64,000 bases of DNA from Macrostomum lignano (taxonomy: Eukaryota), in NCBI GenBank assembly GCA_002269645.1, contig NIVC01000244.1, positions 488,468 through 552,467 on the forward strand. The letters run 5' to 3'. Position 1 is the stretch's first letter. Every line of letters begins with the position of its first letter. The position numbers and the translations under genes are program-made. The notes under the pieces are model-generated. The model was not told where the DNA came from, ran no database searches, and saw nothing but the letters and a program-made list of their open reading frames with translations. This document shows positions 1 to 12,377 of this stretch, piece after piece.

Positions 1-490
1 CAGTCCCTGGAAGTTACTGAAGTCTTCTACAGTCCATTAAAGTCACTGAAGTCTTTCATATTCTCTGGAAGTTACTGAAGTCTCCCACAGTCCATGGAAG
101 TTACTGAAGTCTCCCACAGTCCCTGAAAGTATCTGAGATATCTCACAGTCCCTGGAAGTTACTGAAGTCTTCCACAATCCCTGGAAGTTACTGAAGTCTC
201 CCACAGTCCATGGAAGTTACTGAAGTCTTTCAAATTCTCTGGAAGTTACTGAAGTCTCCCACAGTCCCTGAAAGTATCTGAGATATCTCACAGTCCCTGG
301 AAGTTACTGAAGTCTTCCACAATCCCTGGAAGTTACTGAAGTCTCCCACAGTCCATGGAAGTTACTGAAGTCTTTCATATTCTCTGGAAGTTACTGAAGT
401 CTCCCACAGTCCTTGGAAGTCATTGAAGTCTCCCAAAGTCCCTGGAAGTCACTGAAGTCTTTCATATTCCCTGGAAGTCACTGAGCTTTT
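1..490. repeat. 29-bp minisatellite with a 5-monomer (145-bp) higher-order repeat; runs off the window start
   Basis: Unit approx. CAGTCCCTGGAAGTTACTGAAGTCTCCCA. The variant monomer CCCTGAAAGTATCTGAGATATC recurs at 121 and 266 (145 bp apart). Confidence 0.9.
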
Positions 491-596
491 TGGAAGTTTG
501 CTAAGTTTGCTTGGTCTCTATAGTTTTCCATAGAGACACTACCATATCACGCCTCAGGTTTAACCAACATGGACAACTAACCGATCCCGTTTCCAG

Positions 597-874
597 CTGC
601 AGTCAAAGATGTCCAAGGTCTCAGGCGTCAGGCGTCGGCTTGTGAGAAGCAGAGAAACGCCTACCAGCCGATGCTGCCTTTTAGTGCCCGCGACAAAAAC
701 CTGTACGCCACCTGCAGTCCTCAGCGGCGCGACCTCGTCCGGGCCAACTTTGCTCCGTCCTCGCCATCAGTGACGTCACCAAATCTGAGCGGCTCGTTGG
801 CCGACTCCGCCTCGACCAGGGTGGACAAGGGGAAGCAGCTTAAGCTGGCCTACTTCACTGTTAGCGATGTGTAG
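597..874 (+). CDS. Probable terminal exon of an unidentified upstream gene
   Basis: Acceptor TTTCCAG ending at 596. Open frame AVKDVQGLRRQASACEKQ...YFTVSDV* with GC-rich codon usage. No recognisable domain. Confidence 0.35.
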
Positions 875-959
875 AGATTGACCTTTGACCTTTGACTTTT
901 AAAGACATTTAAGTGGCTTCCTCTAAGACAGAGAATTGCTAGTGAGGGGGCGAAAGTCT

Positions 960-1125
960 CAAGCTGGGAGTCTCTAGTGAGGAGCGAGAGTCTCATGCTA
1001 AGAGTCTCTAGTGAGGAGCGAGAGTCTCATGCTAAGAGTCTCTAGTGAGGAGCGAGAGTCTCATGCGGGGAGTCTCTAGTCAGGGAGCGAGGGTCTCATG
1101 CTGGGAGTCTCTAGTCAGGGAGCGA
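960..1125. repeat. 34-bp minisatellite, about 4.5 copies
   Basis: AGTCTCTAGTGAGGAGCGAGAGTCTCATGCTAAG starts at 969 and again at 1003. Confidence 0.9.
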
Positions 1126-1456
1126 GAGCGAGAGAGCTTGCTGTTGAGTTGTCCCACTCAGATGGTACATGCTTCCAGCATGTGTACTTCACTGAATTGA
1201 CTTCGTTGTCAAGTATTTTAATCCTGTAAACATTTGTAAATTGTTTATTCCGTATCATTTTTAAAGTCGGGTTCAAAATTTTCTTTATACAGCAGCATCG
1301 ATTAAAACAGCAGCGAAAGCATGTGCCTTCTTCCAATTATTGTGTAAAAATTCACCAATCAGTTAAACTGTGAACGGTACTTTACCACATGGAAAATACA
1401 TATTTGCCTAGCTCTTGCTCTTGATATTTGTATTCAATTGATTCAAGACAGCAGGA

Positions 1457-2479
<1,023 letters not shown>

Positions 2480-2864
2480 CTAAAATCTAAGACACTAAGA
2501 CACTAATACCGTCATTTATATCTCGTCAGGTAAAAAAGCTTATGACTAAATTTCATATGGCTATAGGATTACCCATAAGCAACTGCTGCAGTTACTTCTG
2601 CCTCGTAGTGTTTCGTTCTGGTCTTATCCATTTGGTTTCATATGCGCTCGTCGTATTTTCACCCCACTGTTAAAAAGGCGATCAGAAACCCTCTTCCCCG
2701 TAATATACCGGAGCTTCTGTCAGAACTCCCAGAGGGTCGTCATGCCGGTTTCAGCTCACCAGATTTCCAAATTAACATTAATATCGGTTTAAGTTACTGC
2801 TTCAACTATTTCTGCAGTTGTAACAGAATTATAGAGTGGAATAAAACAGATGTGAGATGGTGAG

Positions 2865-4240
2865 GGGAGAGGATAGATGGAGTGAGGAGAGAAGGAGAGA
2901 GGTAAGAATTAGAGAGGATTAGAGAGGGTGAGGAGAGAGGTGAGATGGATAGAGGTGAGATGGATAGAGGTGAGATGGAGAGAGGTGAGATGGATAGAGG
3001 TGAGATGAATAGAGGTGAGATGGATAGAGGTGAGATGGATAGAGGTGAGATGGATAAAGGTAAGATGGATATAGGTGAGATTGATAGAGGTGAGATGGAT
3101 AGAGGTGAGATGGAGAGAGGTGAGATGGATAGAGGTGAGATGGATAAAGGTAAGATGGATATAGGTGAGATGGATAGAGGTGAGATGGATAGAGGTGAGA
3201 TGGAGAGAGGTGAGATGGATAGAGGTGAGATGGATAGAGGTGAGATGGAGAGAGGTGAGATGGATAGAGGTGAGATGGAGAAAGGTGAGATTGATAGAGG
3301 TGAGATGGATAGAGGTGAGATGGATAGAGGTGAGATGGATAGAGGTGAGATGGAGAGAGGTGAGATGGATAGAGGTGAGATGGAGAGAGGTGAGATTGAT
3401 AGAGGTGAGATGGATAGAGGTGAGATGGAGAGAGGTGAGATGGATGGAGGTGAGATGGAGAGAGGTGAGATGGAGAGAGGTGAGATGGATGGAGGTGAGA
3501 TGGATAGAGGTGAGATGGATATAGGTGAGATTGATAGAGGTGAGATGGATAGAGGTGAGATGGATAGAGGTGAGATGGATAGAGGTGAGATGGAGAGAGG
3601 TGAGATGGATGGAGGTGAGATGGAGAGAGGTGAGATGGATGGAGGTGAGATGGAGAGAGGTGAGATGGAGAGAGGTGAGATGGAGAGAGGTGAGATGGAT
3701 GGAGCTGAGATGGATAGAGGTGAGATGGAGAGAGGTGAGATGGAGAGAGGTGAGATGGAGAGAGGTGAGATGGAGAGAGGTGAGATGGAGAGAGGTGAGA
3801 TGGAGATAGATGAGAGAGAGGTGAGAAGAAGAGAGGTGAGAAGAAGAGAGGTGAGAAGAAGAGAGGTGAGAAGAAGAGAGGTGAGAATAAGAGAGGTGAG
3901 AAGAAGAGAGGTGAGATGGATAGAGGTGAGATGGATATAGGTGAGATAGAGAGAGGAGAGAAGGAGAGAGGTGAGAATTAGAGAGGATTAGAGAGGTGAG
4001 GAGAGAGGTGAGAAGGATAGAGTTGTGATGAATAGAGATGGAGAGAGGTGAGATGGAGAGAGGTGAGAATGATAGAGGTGAGATGGATAGAGGTAAGATG
4101 GAGAGATGTGAGATGGAGAGAGGGGTGAGATGGATATAGATGAGAGACAGGGGTGAGAGGTAGAGGGGTGAGAAAGAGAGGCGTGACTGAGACAGATGTG
4201 AAGGAGGGAGGTATCAGAAGATAGAGAGCTATAAAATGGA
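2865..4240. repeat. Purine-rich 15-bp minisatellite (GAGGTGAGATGGATA) with degenerate GA-rich flanks
   Basis: Direct tandem units from about 2937 to 3950. Confidence 0.97.
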
Positions 4241-6646
4241 GAAAGCAACTTAAATGACCTGGGCATGAGAAGGGCAACACGGGACAGCAAAAATCCGTGA
4301 GATAAGAGAGGAGAAGTAATCGAGAAACCCGACATGATAAGAGCACTCGTTTATCTTGGATCTATAGATCTCTTCACAAGCCAAGAGACTCTGTCTTTAA
4401 AAAACGTTGAGCTTAACTGCTTGACCGAAACCTATCTTTTTTTAACTCATTAAAGAGACTTGAAAAAGACATTGGCAACAGCGTACTGTAGAGCCCTCAG
4501 CTGCTCAGCCACCCAGCTCGGCTTTAACGAGCAGCCAGCTTCATCTCTTTGTCGCAGCAGCTGTAGCTCCGAGAATGCAATCGGTTGACGAGTTCAATGA
4601 CGGATAGCCTGTCAGTCTGCTTTGGGGATCAAAAGTAAGCATTTTAAAAAATATTCCTCCATCAAACCGAAAGCTACCGGCACAATAACATCCCCTATTC
4701 TCCCGCGCAAATAACTCCCCAAATCCCGCCTTCCCCATTCACCTCATCCCCAGAAACAGGCGGCCAGTTTTGTTATGCCGACTCACGCCCGGCCCTGTCT
4801 GCGTGTTTGGCGTCTGCTGCTGCAGCTGAGGTGGGTGATGAGGCATCGCAGCCTCTCTCTTCTCCCTCTCCCCGATTCCATCTCTTCCGTCTGCAGCAGC
4901 GGCAGCACTCACAGGTTTCTGTTCGGTAGCTTTACTGCCCCTGGCTCCGCTAGGAGAGACATGTAAAAAGGACATGGATCCGCGGATGGCGGAGGGCATT
5001 GTTTCACTTGCTTGGTTAGTTGGGCTTGCCTGGGTGGATGCTCTGCCATTGGCCCAGCCGCCGTGCAGCCTCTGAGCCCCGGTCTCAGACTCCCCTCGTT
5101 TTGTCCCATTCTCAACCCTTCCTCTCTCTATTAAATTGACTGTTCCTGAGCTCGCGCCCCCAGGCACTGCCATTCACAGACTTAGCAGTTTAGCTGTATC
5201 GGTGTTAAGTGGCAACTCGGGTTACACTGCTGTCTCAAAAGACGTCCTACATCGGACAACTAGCAGGTAAGACTAGAAAAGTGCCGTTACTTTAATTATT
5301 GAGACTTTATAGGCTAGAGAGCTATGTAGTAGTTAAATGTATATGAGAGATTTTTGGTGCCTCCTAAGTCTGTAAGTCAGCTGCCCTCAGGCATTCTGGC
5401 CATCAGGTCAATATTACCTATCTAACTCGCTCACCTTTACAAGAAACTTGGACCCACGTTTTGGCTCTCAAGCAAAAAGTCACTGCCGCTGCGGCTGCTG
5501 CTTCCTGCAGCCAATAATTGATTGCTCTGAATTGATTCGCGAAGGGAAAACACGATGAGGCAGAGTGATGCTGAATAAGAGCTAAAACAGCTAAAACAGC
5601 TAAAACAGCCAGACTCCCCGCAAAGTTTAAGTTCAAGTGCACTTACAAGTTCGCCAAGAAAGTTTTGGAAAAAAATGTGAGCTCCCCTCAATAAAAACAC
5701 AGACACCTGCTTCATCTGCAATCTGGAAGGCCTCGTGTCCTATAGAAGCTGGATTCCACCAACAGACCACCTGAAAGGCATGCGCTCAAGAAGTTGGTAC
5801 CACCCTGTCAGTGTGACCCACCAGGTATTTGAGGATTCTAGGCCTAAGGAACGTGTTCAGTGCTAGGGTGACTGGCTCTCAACCTGAAGCAACAAACAGC
5901 AGCACTCTGTGTTTGCCTCTCGCCGGCAAGGCCCCCATGTTCGACGGTGTACACATTGACACAAGCACGTACCCTCTACGTACGCTCGTAGTTAACGTTC
6001 TCAAATGAATTTAAGAATGCTTCTAGTGGGTATTTGGTCCTTTAACCGTACGCACAAGGTGTTTCCGCACGAGTATTGCAGGCCCAGTCACTGCCAATAG
6101 AGCAGATTGGGCAGGTAGGCTTTGGCGAGTTTGCTCAGCTGGCAGCATCACTTTTGCCAACAGAATTAACTTTCGTAATCACTTTTGCAAGAGCGAGATT
6201 TCCTGGCTAACTAGGTAGTGCGTGCACAACTTGCACTGTACGCTAGCGTGAAACCAAAGCAAATAACCCGTTAAATCACCCCGGCAAGAGATTCCCACTG
6301 CTCTGAGAGTTAGTTTTGTAAGATCCGGATTTACTGTCGTTGCCTCTCGAGTACTCAATCCAGTCGATTATCTATCGATTTATGCACTGCGAGACGCCAA
6401 ACTATTTTTAGCCGCCTACTGACCGTTCAGAGAGCCTCCTGGCCTTATCTAGTTAGCAAGTTGTGTCCGGGTTTAGCCCGGAAATGCTAGATCGAATGGC
6501 ATCGTCATGACAACCAATACTGGCTGCGTTGCTGCTTTTCAATTTAGCAAGCTTGTTTGAATTGGAATTTACAAGGCTGAAGTTTAGAACCGAAGCAGTT
6601 CTGTGTGTCTCTCTACCTGCAGCCTCATCGAGTCAGCGAGCCAGAG

Positions 6647-7669
6647 ATGCGCGAACTCCAATCCAAGCAGCGTCGAGCCTTCGGCCCCGCTAGCGGTCGA
6701 AGCAGCGACGGCGTGGAGGACGCCTCCGGCAGCGACTCCGAGGAGGCCGTCCTAGCTTTCAACGCTGATGAGGACGACATTGTTACCGAAAATGACGTTG
6801 CCGAAGTTTCAGGCGGTGGCGGCGGGGGCGCTGACGCCAAGTCGCGTCGTTCGCTGCTCGAGCGTTGCCGGTTTGTTCGCTGGCTCTCGAGGAAACTGCT
6901 TCGCCGTCAGGCTCGCTCGGCGCGCGGCAGCTTCCGAATCCCGGGAGCCGGCGGCGGCGACAGCGTCAAGCTGGGAGATGCTGAGGCCGAACAGCTGATG
7001 TCGCTGCTGCCATGGATGGTGCCTCGAACGAGGCCTCGACCGCTCCGCGAGCTGGCCGCAAGCTCCGGACTGAGCATCCAGCTGCTGCGCAGGCTGTACG
7101 CCAAATTCAAGCAGGAGTGCCCCAATGGCCTGATGCAGCGCGAGAGTTTCCAGGAAATCTGCGGCTACTTTTTCCCCCTAGGCGAAGCGTCCCTGTACGC
7201 CGGTCTGCTGTTCGACAGTTTTCTGGCCCTGCCGCTTGATGACTCGAGACAGCAGTCGCCGCAGCCAGACAGGCTCTGCTTCGAGCAGCTCGTGTCCGTG
7301 ATGAGCCGGCTCAGCCGGGGCTCGCTGCAGGACAAACTTTACTGGCTGTTCGCCCTGTACGACGCCGACAAGGACGGCCAGATCAGCCGGCGTGACCTGC
7401 TGACGGTGGTGACTGGCGTCTACAGCCTCTGCGGCACCGCCTGCCGGCCGGCCGTGCTGCCAAATGTCACCGCGGCCGAGGTGTCCGAGCGGCTGTTCCT
7501 GCGGATGGACGCTGACCAGGACGGCACGGTCTCTTGGTCGGACTTCTCCGCCTACCTCAACGAGAAGCTGCAGCCGCTGTCGGACTCGGCGGCCGAGGAT
7601 GCGGCGGTTTCTCAAACGAATCGGCACCTCAGCTTCCTGGTGGAGATGGACCCGCTGTCGCAGATCTGA
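6647..7669 (+). CDS. Intronless neuronal calcium sensor, KChIP/calsenilin-like
   Basis: FKQECPNGLM..ESFQEICGYFFPLGEASLYAGLLFDSF matches the KChIP core. LSRGSLQDKLYWLFALYDADKDGQIS (EF3) and MDADQDGTVSWSDF (EF4) are present. First ATG at 6647. Confidence 0.88.
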   Translation: MRELQSKQRRAFGPASGRSSDGVEDASGSDSEEAVLAFNADEDDIVTENDVAEVSGGGGGGADAKSRRSLLERCRFVRWLSRKLLRRQARSARGSFRIPGAGGGDSVKLGDAEAEQLMSLLPWMVPRTRPRPLRELAASSGLSIQLLRRLYAKFKQECPNGLMQRESFQEICGYFFPLGEASLYAGLLFDSFLALPLDDSRQQSPQPDRLCFEQLVSVMSRLSRGSLQDKLYWLFALYDADKDGQISRRDLLTVVTGVYSLCGTACRPAVLPNVTAAEVSERLFLRMDADQDGTVSWSDFSAYLNEKLQPLSDSAAEDAAVSQTNRHLSFLVEMDPLSQI

Positions 7670-7855
7670 TCTGAGGGGCTGATGACGCAGTCATGCGCGA
7701 TCATATTTTTTGGATTTCTATCAGCGTTAGTAGTTTTAAAAATACACAAAAAAATTCACTAAGAGCCATTCTAATGTCAATAGTTGTTGATTCACAGGTT
7801 GGGAAGTTCTTTCTTAGCTAATGTTTACCAAATTAGTCTTAATTAATAACTTTTT

Positions 7856-8010
7856 AGGGCACTGCTGCAGGTGAAGGTGACAGTAAGGACGCAAAGCAAC
7901 CAGGCCCATTCCGCTGACCCCTCAGCACGCACACGGATGCGTACGCAGGCACAAGCTCACACAGGGTGTACACTGCAGCGGCCCTGACTTTCCCATCGTC
8001 TGGCATGTAC
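7856..8010 (-). mobile_element. tRNA-SINE family B, 3' partial copy
   Basis: Shares GCCCATTCCGC, CGTACGCAGGCAC and CAGCGGCCCT blocks with the copies at 8905 and 13140. Confidence 0.7.
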
Positions 8011-8559
8011 CTGCTTCCTTCTAGCCGGTCTCAAGCCAAGCAAGGGAACACAGTGTTTGAGGGCGTCAGTTTAAAAAATTTGAGAAATGCTGCTTGTGAA
8101 GAGAACAAGGCAATCTTTAGCATTGCATCAGACAGGAGTTTACAGTAGCCAGGAAGTCGGGAATGCTTACAGGAATTGCAATTAACTTTTTTGTCTTAAA
8201 CTTAAAGAGCGATTTTCTTAGTAGTTTTCTCGCTAATGCTTTTTCAAGTGAAAACCGGCCTTAAAAATGTTTGATAAATTTTGACGTCCTATTGTCCGGA
8301 CTCTAGGATCCAGCAGCAGTACTCACAGCACATGTTTAGTGACGATGACTTTCTCACTTGTCAGGACAGATGCACTCTTACTGTTTATGGAGCTGAACTC
8401 ACAATGCTTTTTATTAATAATAATTTAGCTAAATATTGATTATGAATCGTGGTTTCCTGGCCTATGGCTACTGGCTTAATTAGTTTTGGGTCTTGGTGGA
8501 TTATTCGATTTTTATTGATGTAGCTACTAATTTTAGAAGTAGAACTAGAGCGTTATGGA

Positions 8560-8803
8560 CAAGCATACAAATATTAGAGATTTAGTATATTTACAAGCAT
8601 ACAAACAAACAAATATTAGAGATTTAGTATATTTACAAGCATACAAACAAACAAATATTAGAGATTTAGTATATTTACAAGCATACAAACAAACAAATAT
8701 TAGAGATTTAGTATATTTACAAGCATACAAACAAACAAATATTAGAGATTTAGTATATTTACAAGCATACAAACAAACAAATATTAGAGATTTAGTATAT
8801 TTA
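8560..8803. repeat. 42-bp minisatellite, about 6 copies
   Basis: ACAAGCATACAAACAAACAAATATTAGAGATTTAGTATATTT in tandem. Confidence 0.95.
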
Positions 8804-8904
8804 GATTAGATTAAAGAATGAACCCAAGAATCCAACAAATGTACTTTTCAAGTGTACTTTCCAAAGTATCTCAAAGTGCTTGGTGTGACTCCTAACTAAC
8901 TATT

Positions 8905-9260
8905 TTTTATTAGAGGCAGGGGGGTTGTGTGCACCCTGGCGCACTTTAAGCGACATAGGCACACAACCGGCGAGAGGCATTACTGCCCATTCCGCCGACT
9001 CCCCTGAGCAGGCATACAAGCGCGCGGATACGTACGCAGGCACACACTCACACAGGAGTGTACAGCGGCCCTAACTTTATTTATCGTTAGGCATGTACAC
9101 TTCACTGCGCCTTGGGGGTTGGCTCTCAAGGCCGTTAATTGCACAAGCGAGCCAAGCCGAAATTCCAATTCAGCCCCAAATTAATGTGGCTGCACTTGGA
9201 ATCGAGCCTGGGTTGCTGGCACACCAGAGCAGCTGCGCTACCGCTGGGCTACGCCCCCCC
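8905..9260 (-). mobile_element. tRNA-SINE family B, full-length copy
   Basis: Minus-strand head has A box TAGCCCAGCGG and B box GGCTCGATTCC. Central body shared with other copies; A-rich tail. Confidence 0.8.
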
Positions 9261-10624
9261 CCTCCTAACTAACTAACTAAAATAAGTAAAAAAGGCGCCT
9301 AAGCCATTGAACAGGCTGTTACGCCACTAAGATAAATTAGTTTCCAGGCTGGGAGTGTACTCAGGTACACTAGGCTTCTAAATTAGGCTATAGGAGACTG
9401 TGACCAATCAAGCCGAGCAGGCGACACCAGTCGGGCTGAGGGCGGGCCCTACCCCCAGCTGTCGGGGCGTCACGCCTACTCCAAACCGCATTACTAACCT
9501 CCCCGGGGCCAGCGAGGGTTAAGCGAACCAATCAGGGAAGCCCGTGCCTTCTCTGGAGTTAGTGTGCCCAAAAACGGTCATGAAGACCCTCTCACGGCCG
9601 TGGCAACCCGAAGGAGACTCCCCCCACTAGACCCCGGGTACTCTTGCCAAGACAGTCTCTTATCTTTGAAGCGGCAGGAGGGCTATTCGCCGGGACTATT
9701 TCACCCCTTGCTTCGGCTTGGCGTGACTCCTTTAATATTAAAAAATAAGAGTCCATACAAACCGCAAACTCTCCAACTAACCAGAATACTGGACATTTAC
9801 CTGGGCTAAAGCTACTAATAGTAGCGTAAAAGCGAATTTTCCGTCACGAAAATTTGTCCTCCAAAGAAATGGGGTCTTACAATTAGAAAGCAGGTAGATT
9901 TTTTCTTTCAAAGGAGGTATTTTTTCCTGATTAAAACATGCAGACACGCTTATATGCCACACCTTCTCTGGAAAGCTTTATTTGCTATCAAAAATATGCC
10001 ACACCTTCTCTGGAAAGCTTTATTTGCTATCAAAAATACTTGTTCTTTATTTACCATTGAAGATGCTAAGATGCGATCTCCTAGTAATCAATACCCACTC
10101 GTGATACGATTTCATGCAGTAAGACCGAGAAGCCGAGAGGCATCGGCTTCTCATCGATCCGACTCCACTGGTGAGCTCTCAAAGGGCGGGCGAACTTTGT
10201 TAATCTCGCCATGGAGTTAATGCAGAGTGCAGACCTGCGCCCTACAATATATACTGCTCTCAGCCCTCATTCTCGGTCAATATTCCGGTCTGAAAATTTA
10301 ATGCAAACCTTCTCATTCGCATCATCCACCCCCAGGAGAAGATGGAGAGCGGAGAGGCAGAGAGCACTAAGAAGGAATTGATAATGCTATTGAGGCAGTG
10401 GGTAATGGGCTGATGCATCATGAGGCTGATGCAAGGCTCTCAGGCGCCCGCTCAGCACTCGGCTTGGCTGCCCCTCTATGGCCAGAAGTGGTTCCAAAAA
10501 TGTTACTCGGAGCGCGATAGTCTGCTAATGGAGGGCGATTTCGCAAAGATCCCCGTAATAAAACAGACTGACTGATTCGCTTGTAAAAAAAAAGCCTGAC
10601 ATTATTACTCCAATAGAAGAAAGC

Positions 10625-11083
10625 ATGGCAGGACCTCTAACTCCAAGCCTGTTTATGGAGAGCGGCTCCTACAACTCTAAAGTGATGGTGCGCTACCGCC
10701 TCGTTGAGAACAACCTGAAGCTCATGAGCGAAATCGGCGCGGACAATGTCCAAGTCACCAGCGTTGGATCCGCGAATGACGAGCTGATGGACTTCCGAAT
10801 TCAGGTGTCAATGTATGACCAGGTGTTCGTGCGGGCTGCGTTCGACTTGGTTGAGCGAGGCGCCGTGATCATGCTGGAGGTGCTGGTGATGCGCGCCGTC
10901 GGAAAGTCGCGGACAATTGTGACCAGGATGTGCGGCATCTGCTCGCAGAGCCAGGCGACCGGCCGGTCGTCGACCTTCAACCCGCCAATGGAGCTGACCG
11001 CCCGGCTCAAGAAGCACAGTGAGGAGGACCTCAATGTTAACCTGTCCGAGGCCTTCCGTCTGCACAAGGGATCAATCAATTGA
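10625..11083 (+). CDS. Intronless 152-aa protein of unknown function
   Basis: Non-repetitive ORF with strong GC3 bias (ATC/GTG/CTG/AAG) in AT-richer flanks. Acceptor-like CCAATAG lies 8 nt before the ATG. Confidence 0.6.
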   Translation: MAGPLTPSLFMESGSYNSKVMVRYRLVENNLKLMSEIGADNVQVTSVGSANDELMDFRIQVSMYDQVFVRAAFDLVERGAVIMLEVLVMRAVGKSRTIVTRMCGICSQSQATGRSSTFNPPMELTARLKKHSEEDLNVNLSEAFRLHKGSIN

Positions 11084-11982
11084 GCCTTCAGTAGGGAGTC
11101 TGGGTCTGTGCATAAGCCACTTGTCAATGAACTGTTGAGAGCTGGCGACTCGTATTTTTATTTCGATTCGTTAATTTCAAACAAAAATTGTTCTCAAACT
11201 TGAGTTTATCTGCATATACTCTGGCCGCTGGGATAAAAATACAGTAAAAGAAAGTCATGAGCAAGTCTGCAGTTGGCGGTTGACAATAAACAGTTCCAAA
11301 TCAAAGCAAAGTGGACTAACAAAAACAGAAATTTATTTTTTAACTAAGCAATGCTTTGATCAAAAACGCTATTTTAGCTACTTTTAGTACTACTCTTAGA
11401 TTGACCGTATTTACAGTTGCCAAACAACACAAAAGCAGTGAACTTAGCATCGTGTGTTTTGAAGAAGCTTAAAAGTGGAATACTAGGCATTGTGCTCGCT
11501 AAGGTAGCTGCTGGGACTGTACTACACTGCATGCACTATAGTGCACACATTTATACTTGATGAAAGCTAGCGGACCGAGGTATTGTATTCAGCGCGTATA
11601 CTCTGCAATGTTATTTGCTACGCCTCATTTGCTTAACAAACAGGATGCTAGGGCCACCTATTTGTCAAAGGCTACCGCAGCATCTCAGATGCTGTGATAC
11701 CCCAGCAGCATCTCTTCAAACAAATTAAAATAACGTGCAAGAATGGAATTATTAGAAACTGAACTCTTTTGCACGTCTGGCTTTTCTATTGCTTTACTTT
11801 GTTGTTTTCTAGCATCAAAGATCCTGCTAACGGCTTGGGTGGGAGCAAAAAAACATAAAAATAGACTCCAAAGAAATAAATTCACAGCTAAACGAGCTCG
11901 TATTACTTCATCAGAAGCTGCGCGTCACACTTTTCCTGTTTGCTTTCTACTAGAAAAAGTCTATCACAGGTGAGTACTAAAC

Positions 11983-12280
11983 TCTAATAATAATAATAGT
12001 AATCATAATTGATTACTCCTGCCCCAATGGCCAGATGTGCAACCGACAGCTCAGCTGCAGCTATTGCACGGCACATCTGAAGGCTGCGTACGGCTGTTCA
12101 GTACCAGAACTGCGGGGTCGCCACAAACATCCCCATTTTACAGTTGGGGGAACTGAAGCAATATAGAGCAATATAGAACGGTATCTTGCTCAAGGACACA
12201 AATTGTTCCAGTGCGATCAGGAATCGAACCCCCCCCCTGACCTTAAAGTCGTGAGTCCGATGCCCTAACCACTAGGCTAT
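11983..12280 (-). mobile_element. CORE-SINE (family A)
   Basis: tRNA-like head, CORE-like TGTGTCCTTGAGCAAGA...CTGTAAAATGGGG, tail shared with the copies at 24610 and 45815, (TTA)n end. Confidence 0.8.
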
Positions 12281-12377
12281 ATAAGTGTCTATATTTTTCT
12301 TATGTATTGAGTAGTGCAGAAAACGAGCTCAGCAATTTGAAACTTTTTCCAAAACCCCAAGATACGAAAAGCACAAG

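Noticed and set aside
2945-4346. MDRGE-repeat 331-aa ORF and its neighbours
   Set aside because: A stop-free 15-bp satellite; no unique coding sequence.
4541-5721. Several minus-strand ORFs (144 aa and shorter)
   Set aside because: Low complexity, no domain, and no consistent exon chain found; cannot be supported.
9186-9260. tRNA-like sequence (also at 12220-12280, 24850-24905 and 45815-45880)
   Set aside because: These are SINE heads: A and B boxes are present but there is no complete cloverleaf, and each is joined to a SINE body.
9300-9800. GC-rich structured-looking non-coding island
   Set aside because: May be a retroelement UTR fragment, but there is no second copy or diagnostic motif here.
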